From: Callorhinchus milii
Lineage: Eukaryota
Reading direction: 5' to 3'
DNA length: 64,000 nt
Assembly (NCBI RefSeq): GCF_018977255.1
Contig: NW_024704743.1
Location: 68,698,001-68,762,000, forward strand
Position 1 is the first letter of the stretch. Each line of letters opens with the position of its first letter. The notes beneath the pieces were generated by a model. That model did no database searches. It saw only the letters and a program-made list of their open reading frames with translations, and was not told where the DNA came from. The translations under genes and the position numbers were made by a program. Below are positions 53,417 through 64,000 of this stretch, one piece after another.

Positions 53417-55060
53417 GTTGCTGCTGTAGGAAAGTGTGATTATTTGCTTGAAATTAAATGGAAAATGTGAGCGTAATCTGCAAAAGTATTTGTGCATTAC
53501 GCCATTAAGTGAAACATCTCGGAGAACTAGTGGCAGTTGCTGTAATTGCTGTGTTGTAGAATCACATAGAACTAGCTGAAACAGATGGTAGATATAAATC
53601 TAACTGACAAGAGTACATGGCATTTGAGGAAGGGTAGTGTGATCATCTTCTAAGTAATAAGCCCTAGGGAGTTGAACCAGCATTATCGGATAAACAATGA
53701 GATGAAATTGTATGGAAAGGGCCAGAACACCATTCAGAATTAGTGAACGAGTAGGGAAGATGACCACAATATTCAAGGTTGATTGTTATCAGTATATTTT
53801 TGATACTAGATCTGGACATTGAGGACCAATGGATGGAAAATATTTTATTTGAGATGATGACAGAGGACTTTGGGTATAATTACTATAATAGCAATGTACC
53901 CAATGTAAGGAGAAAATCAAGCCTTCAACTTATATTTAATATTGACTAGCTGGAAGCTATGAAAATAATTTAAACTTTCAGTAGCAAATGGTAGTTAATG
54001 CTAAATTATTTCCCCAAGTAATGGGAAAGTATCTAGAATGTTAACTATAGATTTAGGAAATACCATGGTAGCATTACTGATTTTCGTAGCAGCTATTCTG
54101 GGTTATGGCCATGGGTAATGTGGGAGCAATTCAACTCAATTTGTTCTGCTTGTATATGCAATTGATTTCTTGCAATAACGTCATTTATAGCCAGAAGCAT
54201 AGCTTTTGCAACATATGGTTCAAACAAGGTAGTTAATCTTCTTTTAATAATGCAATATGTTTGTACTCAATTATCTGCCATCAAGAAGACTATCACCCAG
54301 TAAATTCAACTCTAGAACAAACACATTTTGTTAAAATGGAGGAATTAAGCCTTGTTGCTTCAATCCCAAACAAGATCAGTTGCGACACTGAGACACTGAC
54401 CCAACAAAGAACAGAGGAAGATGAAGAAAAATAAATATGAGTAAATATATTGGGAGGTAAGACAGTCCAAGAATATGTGTCACAGGGAATAAATGGAGAT
54501 GTACAGTATGACTGAATCCATGTGAAAGATAAATTAGATTATGAGGGAAGAAAGACCGGGATAAGAGCAAGTAAGTGAGAATTTGCAACAGGCTGAGATG
54601 AAGACTCACAAAGAAAGACTGATGAGAAAAAGACATTTTGTTTGGTCAGCCGGGCGTCTGACACGCAGAAACCCATCACCATGCTTAAAGAGTATCCAAA
54701 CCATGCATCCCACCTACACATGGAAATCCCAGAGATAGATTCTTGAAATGGAATGCGCACTCTCCCTGGAGGAACGCATCCTGCTTACCTAATTCCAGAA
54801 AGTTAGGTGCAGGCTGGCGAGAGCCAAGGGTTGGGGAACCCAGAGTGTGGTTGGGGTGCTTCTGGTGTCTAACTAAAACTGCATTATATTGCTGTCTGGC
54901 AAGCTTTCCCGCAGCTGGTCCAGCTAGGTTTACCCTACCCGTTAGGGCTTTGGCTTGCAGGGTTAACAGGAGCTGAGTTTGATGGCCCTCTGCCCCCAGT
55001 GACTTCGGCCATTCCAGGCCCTGCCAATGAGCCAGTGCTATCATCAGCAGTGCCCTGGAA

Positions 55061-55305
55061 TAATAATAATAATCCTTGCATTTGATATAGCACTTTTCTC
55101 ATCTTCTAGACGTCTCAAAGCGCTTCACAGAATATACTCTAAAGTGAATTGACTATACTTGTGGGCGAAACGCGCAGCCAATTGCGCACAGCAGTGTCCC
55201 ACAAACAGTCGTGGATTGAGTGATCAAATTATTGTTTTTTTCTTAAGGGATTATGATCAGGCTTGTGGAGTAAGGAAACTTGCCCAAGGTTTCACCCTGC
55301 TGGGA
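55061..55305 (-). mobile_element. tRNA-derived SINE, short form, 5'-truncated
   Basis: (AAT)n tail, body, ...gtaaggaaacttgcccaaggtttcaccctgctgggaat. Confidence 0.88.
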
Positions 55306-56479
55306 ATACTGCAGAAATGTCTGGCTCAGGAACTGAACTACCACAGAGGGCTGGCTCAATTCTGACAATCTGTTCCCAGGCATGTTAGCTTGGAGCCAGT
55401 TCAGCTGCAACGAGACCCCGCTTAAGAGAGAGAGTGACAGACACAAGGTCAGAGTGATAAGACAGTATACAAATCCCCAGGCAGATGCGATAAGCTCAGG
55501 GAGGGGGAGAGGAAATAACTTTGTTCTGAAGAAAATTTAAACATCCATCCCAGGGAAAAGGGGAATCTTTACCACAATGGAACATTTTTTGCAGTGCAGT
55601 GAAGATAAATCAACTTGGATCAATTTATTCTCTCAATATAAATAGCACATTTTGGCAGTGACAAATGATTCAGGGTTCCTACATGCTTTTCAATTTGGTT
55701 TGTAATTATCCACTATCATAACTTACATTTACATCAAATAACATACAGTGACAGTCCTGTGTTTATTCACTGTTTGTATGTGTTGAGATTCAGAAGAGTA
55801 TTTTTTTGAGGAAAACTTGACTTTCTCTGTAGAGCAATTGACTGCAATGTTGGTCACATCTAATAAAGGCATTGCAGTGCAGAAGAATGTTAGGCTTCAT
55901 CAATCTGTCCTGACAACTTATTTGGTACAAGCTTTAACTTCTGCTGTATTCATTCAGGGACTTTGAAAATTATAGAGCAAGAAATGAAATTGCTAGTGAG
56001 AATTGTTTTATTATAAAGAAAGATCTGTAGGTTTTGAGATGACACACGTGGAATGCAAGATTGGTTTTATTTGCACTTGCTAGTACTGTAGCAGTTTTTT
56101 TTAAAAGCAATTGACTTCACCATGAGATGTGCCTGAAATTAATGTCAGCTAGTTAATGGTTTGCAACTAACACCTGGTGGTTTTGAGATTCTGAGCAGCC
56201 TCTTATAAAGCATTATAAAAGGTTATCCGAAAGCAAGAAGCAACACTTTGTATTCTGAAACCTATTTGTCAAACGCATACAGAATCAAGGCGTTTTTTTA
56301 ATACCCTGACCTTTCTAATGATATAAATCCAATAACTGGTTAATTTCTGCTCTATTTTTAGGCCCTTATTTTATTAGCAAATAGATGGAATGCGCTCTCT
56401 CCCTGGAGAAACGCATCCTGACTAAATACACAGTACATCCAGACGTTGTGTGTAAAAAAAAGAGGGTGAAATTACAGTC

Positions 56480-56760
56480 TAGAGGGTGAAACATAATGGA
56501 GCCGAGCGGCAGAGAGATCAGGGGACACATATATCACTGAAAGTGGGATTTCAGGCACAAAAACCTGTTAAGAAGGTGAATGGGTTTCTGGGCTTTATAA
56601 ATTATACTTTTTTATAAAAGTAGGGAAGTCGTGTGGGAATTGCACAGGATGAGACCACAGGTGGAGTTGTGTGTCGAGTTTTAGACGTTCCATTGCAGGA
56701 ACAATATTGCAGAGGAGAGAGGAGCAAAGATTCTCTAGAATTATACTGAATATGAAACAT
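56480..56760 (+). mobile_element. CR1 ORF2 remnant
   Basis: gagagatcaggggacac...gttaagaaggtgaatgggtttctgggctttataa...agaccacaggtggagttgtgtgtcgagttt resembles the degenerate CR1 ERDLG...KKAN.LG.I...RP.LEYCV.FW region. Confidence 0.6.
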
Positions 56761-57039
56761 AATGTTCATTAATATAGATTAGTCCTGGTTGGTGTGAAGC
56801 ATACACAATCAAATTTTGAGGATCTAAATTCTGCTGAATTGCATTGAATACAACTTAGAAATCCCATGCCATTTAGTTACAATTAACTATACGAAATAAA
56901 TCAATGTTAACTGACAAAGCAGCAAAGTTGTTCCTTTCTTGTACTCTTGAACAACACCTCACTTATTTTGAATACAAAAGCAAGATTAGATTAATTTAAA
57001 CTATAATTTGTTTGATGCATTTATTTCAACTTGGTCCAT

Positions 57040-57260
57040 TTGATAGCACTCTCTGCTCGGGTTCAGAAGGTGGTGGGTCAAGTCCCAAGTCGTGAGTGAC
57101 AGTCTGGGCTGACACTCAACGCAGCATTAGGGAAGTGCTGCAGTGTTGGTGTGTCTTCGGATGGAATGTTAAAGGAAGGTGCTATTTGCCTGTTCAGACA
57201 AATATAAAAGATCCCATGGAATTATTCAAAAAGAAAATGGAGCTTTTCCTGATGTTTCAC
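57040..57260 (+). mobile_element. Deu-domain SINE
   Basis: agcactctc...tcagaaggtggtgggtcaagtccc head; cttcggatgg...cctgttcag...taaaagatcccatgg. Confidence 0.7.
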
Positions 57261-57398
57261 AAAACATAAAAGATCCCAAGAACTAAAATGCAAAGGCAGC
57301 TTTCAACACTCCCAGCAGTGTCAGAATGCTACAAAGAAGCAACATAAATATTTTGGAAGTTATCCAAATGATCATAGAAAGCCTTTGTTTAGAGCATA

Positions 57399-57688
57399 TA
57401 ATAATAATCTTTGCATTTGATATAGCATCTTATCACATCTTTGAGACGTCTCAAAGCGCTTCATGATTATACTGTAAAGTGATTGTATTTTGTGGACGAA
57501 TGCGGCAGCCAATTGTACACAGCAGTGTCCCACAAACAGTCGTGGATTGAGTGACCAAATCATTATTATTAGTTTTTTTGATGGGATTATTGCTCCTGGA
57601 AAAGCGATCCGCTAATCGACTAACAACCAGGTTCCTACTTACTGCTAGGTAATCAGAGACGTGTGGAGAAAGGAAACTTGCCCAATGC
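57399..57688 (-). mobile_element. tRNA-derived SINE, long form, 5'-truncated
   Basis: Tail, body and central segment as in the 1-250 copy. Confidence 0.88.
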
Positions 57689-57918
57689 TTATATGATCAA
57701 TATTATCTATTTGAAATCTAGCCTGGTTTCAATGGGTTGAATGGCAACAATTCCTATGATTCAACACAATAATGATAGCATTGTTTGTGCAGAAAGTACC
57801 AGAGGCTGTGAATTTAATCTTGTTGCATTAATAACTACTTCAATCCATCCTAAAATTGCACGTAACCAAATGTACACAAAGATAAACCACACAACAAACA
57901 ATCTCTATCCACATTTCT

Positions 57919-57924
57919 TTTATT
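57919..57924 (-). terminator. Minus-strand polyadenylation signal of a convergent transcript (likely VOPP1 3' end)
   Basis: TTTATT on + (AATAAA on -). On the minus strand it is followed ~20 nt later by TGTTTGTTGTGTGGTTT (57884-57900), a typical GU-rich downstream element. Gene identity comes from synteny only; no CDS seen in the window. Confidence 0.5.
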
Positions 57925-58109
57925 AAAATATTTAATGTGTCAAAAAATTCAAGAGAGAATTACATAACTGTTTGCTGAACAATTCAATTGAGGTGTACGA
58001 GAGATAGGATAGTGTAGTTCTTTTTAAACTTTGAGACTTTTTACTTTTTCCAGTCCTGTATATTTCTGTTCTATATATCAAATTGATTTTATAGGTATCA
58101 GTCTGCCTT

Positions 58110-58730
58110 ATTAGGTAGCATTCTTTCCTAGGAGTCAGAAGGTTGTGGGTTCAAGCCTCACGTTGAGACATATTGTCAAAGCTGACACTCCAATGCAGTG
58201 CTGGGGGCGTCCTAGTAACATCCTTCAGATGAGATGTGAAACTGAGGTGCCATCTGCCTGTTCAGGTGGACTTTAAAGATCCCTGTTCAAAAAAGAAGGG
58301 AGTTTCTCCCAATGTCCTGGCCGATTGAAATAAAGTCATCCACTCTATATCTGTTTGTGGGGCATTGCTGTGTGCAAGATTGGCTGCCACACAAAATGCA
58401 CCCTGCCACTCCACTTAACAATATACCTATCCTGTGAATCACTTTGGGATATTGTCCTGATATGAAAGGTCCTATACCAAATGTAAGGATTATTAGTGGA
58501 ACTTATTAGTCGGCATTTTGAACTAACATCGTCTGGACTAACTTTCAATAAAGTGCTGGGGATTGTTGGAGATGCCGTCCTTCAGATGAAACCTAGTTCC
58601 AGTCAGCATGCTCAGCTGGAAGTTAAAGATCCCATGGTGTTATTTGAAAAGAGAAGAGAGTTTCTCCTGGTGTCTTGGCCAACAATCCCCCAAATAAAAT
58701 TCATGTCACTCACTTATTCACTCACTAAGG
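58110..58730 (+). mobile_element. Two Deu-domain SINEs (near full-length 58110-58497; partial 58550-58730)
   Basis: ggagtcagaaggttgtgggttcaagcc...ccttcagatgagatgtgaaactgaggtgccatctgcctgttcaggtggactttaaagatccc...body...gattatta tail. Confidence 0.8.
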
Positions 58731-61700
58731 CTGTGATATGGAAAAACCACAGACCCGTTCCAACTTAATAGGAAGCATTTCCAATTCTTTTGTAAAACCT
58801 CTCTCCTGCTGTGAGCAATTTTATTCTTATGTTCTTGACATTTTTTTAAACTGTACACAGCTGACTCCCTCAACTAATGGTCAGCTAAGCATTCTTCTTA
58901 CCCCCCACTCTTAAAGCATAATTCTTCATTTGTTAGAATTCAATGTTGGCATCTCTAACACATATTGGGATCACAGCTCCCTCTAATATGTACAGAAGCC
59001 ATTTATTCATGTCTTGTTGATGAGGAAATAATGGACTATCCCTAAGTCACACAGTTATTGACCTTTTACAATTTAAAATATATTACATCTTTAAAATAGT
59101 CTTGACAATTAAAGTTAGCATTTACAAAGAATCATTGGAAGCGCAGCCATAAATACTAGCAATGATAAACATTGGCAATATGAAATAATGCTGGAACATT
59201 TGGACTCTATATACAGAAGAAATAAAATGAAAGCAGGCTGTTCAGGGCAGTGTATAAGCCAGCTACTCAATGCATGCAACACTGTAAAAGCTGAAAATCA
59301 ATTATATACCATATTCACTTCAGCAAAATCCAGCATACAATCACTATTACATTAGAAAAGAAAATGCATGTACACTTTTAAAGAACTAATAAGAAAGAAC
59401 TGTTACAGATGAAATACATTGTACTAGAATAATTCATTACTTCAGAATTACTCTGAAATACAACAACAACTTGCACTTATATTGCGCCCTCCACACAGGG
59501 TAGAGTCTCAGAGCGCTTACAAGAGGATGGAGAAAGGAATATAGATTAGATTGAAAAAGCATCTCTTTCCCAATTTAATTTCACAAAGTACTGTGCTAGC
59601 CTGATCAATAGCTGTATTTAGATTCACTTTCAACAACACTTTACAAAAGATATTAAATTTACATCAATTGTTAGGTATCTGCAAAATTTACATATTATTG
59701 CTGTTGGCCTAAAGGGTGCCCAGTTTGGATAAATTCTGAAATAGAAGACTGAAATTAGTACCTGAGGAGATCAGTATATGTCTACAATGAATATGAATTA
59801 TCAAATTACAGTAGCATTTTACACATTCCAAGCCTATTCATTTAAAAATAAAAGCTGGACTCCGGCCTGTTCAAGCCTGGAGTCTCTCTTAGCTTTAACT
59901 TTAGCCAAAACAAAACTGTGTCTGCACTGTCACTGTCACATTGCTGAACATCAGCAAAACTTCTCAGCTTTTAGTTTCTCAGTTCTGAGGCAATGAAGAG
60001 AAATTTGCAGTTTGAATGTAAAACACTTTCTTCCCTGATAAGTAGTCATTTCCTATTAATGCAGATAGCTTCAGCTATTTTAACTACTCGCCACAAAAGC
60101 ATAAAACATTGCTGGCGGAAGCACTCAAAGGAATGCATATTGTAAACAACAAAGCCAGGAGGTGTTCTCTCTGCAATATGGCAGTTCGTGTATTTGGTCT
60201 ATTTCCACATTGATGGAAAGCTGCCTTCTTAAACTCAGTCTCCAGTCTTTTGCTAAGAACAGTAAAAACCCATCAAAGACTTAGCTTAACACAACTTTCT
60301 CAATTGGTTTGGAAATCAACTGAAAACATGAACTACAATAGAGAACATACTGATCAAAAACTCCTCGCTGATGCAACCGTGCAGTGTATTTTCATGATTT
60401 ATTCACCCAATAAAATAGTTTTAAAATGAACCTCATGACACTAATAAGAAATAACCACACAAAGACATACAGGGGGAATTCTTGACCTTCAAACTATTTA
60501 TTGAAAGTCCTTCCTTCCTGCAAAGGTTAATTTGTACTGCAGCCACAATAATAAGATAAAACTGATGACAGTGACATTTCCAATTAATGCACTAGATAAA
60601 TCTTTCAACGACTAGGCTGAGGACTGATGCTGTTCCTGATAAACCTCATAGCTGGCTCATACTATAGATCTCTTCACATTGAGTGACCTGACAGGCTCAT
60701 TTACTGATGGACTGCCACATTTTAAGAAGAAATTGAGTTGGTCCCTGGTATAAAAAAGGTGAGAAACAATGATCTAGATCGGACTTTGTGTAAATGTTCA
60801 ATCTCTGGAGTATTTTGACAGAATGAATGATGGTTCCAATCCTCCAGAGGGGAGCAGGGGTCTCCTTGACGATGAGCAGGATAAATAATTTCCAAAGAAA
60901 TTGACTCCGTCATGCCTAAACTGCTGGGGAAATAGTACAGTAAGGAAATAAAAGGGTGGGCAATGATAGCCATACTGCCCCTGGGCAAGATAGAGAATCC
61001 TGAATGTGCCAGAAATGATTGCTTTACTTGGAGAAGCAGAAGACCTCTGAAATGAGCTTCAAAAGAATAAATATTCTCAATTCCTGCTGTTGGCCCATTA
61101 ATCTTGTCCATTTCAAATTATCTTTATACAAAAGCAACAACTTGCATGTGTGATGTCCCAGCGCCTTGGGACGTCCTCCCAATGCGAAAGCGCTATACAA
61201 ATGTAACTTTATATTGTATTTATATAGTGCCCTTCGCGCAAGATAGTTCTTAACACATTATACCATGTGCTAAGAACTTTCAATTTAGCCCTAACTGCAT
61301 CAAAGATTCCTCAAGGAATTGGAACATACTGTGAGACTGAAAACTTCTGGAGTGATAGTACTGTACAAATGGAACTGATTCCTTTGACTTGTGCGAGGAA
61401 CACAAAGCTCTGCTGCATAGGAGTGCCTGTACAGAGGAACAGCACATTCTTTCACTATTGGGCACAGATCATCAAAATGTAAATTCTTTCAGACAGTATG
61501 TTGATAAAAACTAATATGTGCGGAACTGGTTTGGATTCTCTGAAGTATGTTGCATCACAGACATTCAGCTGACCAAATAACTGGGTAATATTCTTTCAGT
61601 GGCACCTTAATTCTATACAATACATGATAGGTTTACAGTATTTACAAAACTTTCTGCTTATACCCAATTCCAGAAAACCTCCATGGGTATTTATTTATTA

Positions 61701-63089
61701 GTTATTGATCCTGAGAATCTCCACTAAATAATGGGTTTCATTTTCCCAAATTAACTGCCTGCAGGGTTGATCCATTAAACTTCAAGTTATAACTATAGGA
61801 AAATTCTAACAAACAGAGCATCTGACATTGAAAGTTAAACTGTCTGAACTGAATAGAACAACCTCTGACTGGTGAACAGTCATTTCTGAAGTATTAAAAT
61901 TCTCTCTCTCTCTCTCCTTCTACCTTTTTTTTCTCTTACGCCCTCTCCCTCTTTCCCTCTCAGATGATCGAACTGTTCAACATTTTCAGCATAATTTGTT
62001 GTTATTTCAAATATCCAGCATTTTTAAAATTTTTATCATCAGTTATTCTCAAGTGGTTCTAATGGTGACCTTGTTCACTTTGTTAGTTTTACTGCGTTTT
62101 GCTGCTTTATTTTAGCTTCAGGCCACGAAGGGAGACTTATACCCTTATTTAGCAATAATATATTCAGCACTGATGATCCATGGTTAGAGTACAAAGCTTA
62201 AACATTTGCTACTAGCCACTTCTTAAAGCACTACAGACAGTTTTGGCTGAATCCAATTATTTCAGAAGCAGATAGACTGTACCCAACCTATCTATAAAAT
62301 AAAGCTGTCTTCCATTTGAAGTATGTAGAGTGCACTTGTCACTGATAATTATTTGAAAATAAGTAACTTAAAGGAGCCGCATATTTTGTTTGTTAAAAAA
62401 TGAAAGCTTGATTCTCCTTTGTTTTGTAAAAGGTTAATTTTTCAGACAACATGATTCTTCCTCTCTACCTTGTCTCCAGGCAGAATAACAAACATCATTC
62501 AGAATGGCAGTGGCAGGAGTTTTACTCTACACTTAACATATATATATATATAGTATACATATATACACACCTTTTTTTTAAATGGCAGGAGCTTTTCAGC
62601 ATCATTTTTGTTTAGCACTTGCAATCTGACCAGCTCCACACTCATCGATGGCAAGTAACAGCAAATTTAAATAAGGACTCCTTTAAGAGCAATTCATTCT
62701 GATGGATCAATAGCAACAGTGGAAATGCTAAGTAGACAATCTGCTTTGCTGCTAAAAGGATTTATCTGATTAAGGATTTGCAGCAATTTCTCATTCATTG
62801 CAGCCCAGACCTTGTTTATTTATTAGCATTGTTCCTCAATTGGAAGTCTTGTTTGAATAATGAAAAAACATTATGTAGGTTAGAATTTTGTCAATGTTAT
62901 TTTAAGAATTGTTCATTTTACAGACAAAGGGTGAAGTCAATGGGACGCGCCAACAGGCTGAGCATGCAAAGGTACTGTACAAAGAGCTTTACAGAGGAGA
63001 GATGCAGAATGGCACCAACCTTCATTATCTCAAGAGTATTCAATCTCACTGCGCCTCCTTATCGACAAACCCCTTTAAGCCTCTATCGT

Positions 63090-63265
63090 TCATATCCTCT
63101 TGAAACCCACAATGTACTTGGCCTCTATCACCTCACTTGGCAGTGCATTCCACACCCCAGCAATTCTTTAAGTGAAAACATTTCACCTAAGCTCTCCTTT
63201 CACTTGCCTTATGATTAGTTTAGAATGATTGTCCCTCGTCATTGACGCCCCTACTGATGGAAATA
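63090..63265 (-). mobile_element. CR1 remnant
   Basis: tcttgaaa...ctatcacctcacttggcagtgcattccacacccc...tgattgtccctcgtc, the reverse complement of a CR1 ORF2 end. Confidence 0.55.
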
Positions 63266-64000
63266 ACATAAGTATTTTTTATTTGCAAAAGAAATTTGCA
63301 GAACAAAACATAGTTTGACTTTGAATATGTAGATTAAAAACAATAAAATGTGATTATGCTTTATCCCAGCTTACAGGCACATAAAGCCTCAATTCCCTGT
63401 CTTGTCTGTGCACTTGATGTAAAATAATGTTGCTTTGCATTTAGCCAGGACAACCACGAACAATTCATCTTCAAATTAAAATGTAGTCAGGTCATAATTT
63501 ATTATTTTTAAATCAAATTTTCTTTAATGAGTATTTCTAAAATTAAAACAAAGTTCTTTTTTTAAAAAAAAGGTGCTCTCAGTTTCCAGCTGAGTTGTGG
63601 GTGAAATAATATTTCAAAGTTTTTTTGTTATTAATTATTATTAATCTCAAGGTTACTAATTCCACATCACCTCCTGTCATTGAAGAGTAACATGATCAAT
63701 AACTGAAAACACATTGGGCGCTGAAATAACACAATGACATACAACAAATAGTTTGGGATATGACCTGTGTAAGCGACTGCCAAGATGGTGGAAGGCGAAC
63801 TGGATGGACTTTGGTCTTCTTTTGCCAAGCTAATTCTTATGTTCTTATGAAAAAGCATCAAAACAAATTCATCTACTGGCACAAACTTCTAGATCAAAAC
63901 TGGCCCTAAAAATTAGCAAAGCACCCAACTTCTCTATTCATTTCTGTAAACCAAAATCCCATTTAACATCATACATACTACTAGAGCTCCTCAGGGTAAC

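Noticed and set aside
63667..63882. 71-aa minus-strand ORF as VOPP1 last exon
   Set aside because: Lacks the Pro-rich PPPPAY/PPPPY motifs of the VOPP1 C-terminus.

Overview
Vertebrate genomic DNA, most likely from a cartilaginous fish. This is inferred from the repeat content (Deu-domain SINEs, L2 and CR1 LINEs, and a very abundant tRNA-Ala-derived SINE); a chimaera or shark is plausible but not proven. The window holds the last two coding exons and probable ~4.6 kb 3' UTR of EGFR (+). It also holds a complete 9-exon LANCL2 gene (+; CDS 32413..51588, 428 aa, all GT-AG introns in phase) with a CpG-island promoter. A minus-strand poly(A) site near 57.9 kb probably ends a convergent gene whose CDS lies outside the window (VOPP1 by known EGFR-LANCL2-VOPP1 synteny, inference only). 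Directly upstream of the LANCL2 promoter is a 7.6 kb compound tandem array: ~5 kb of TAG-punctuated (TG)n, then ~2.6 kb of a BamHI-containing minisatellite. The huge His/Thr-rich ORFs there are artefacts. Most notable observations: the EGFR C-terminus ends in a class I PDZ-type motif (HSTV); LANCL2 has tandem ATG-ATG starts that could toggle N-myristoylation; a ~110-bp palindromic MITE-like element occurs four times; a direct repeat brackets LANCL2 intron 5; and the SINEs are modular and nested. I do not see a convincing wholly new biological system. Repeat boundaries are approximate and were read by eye.
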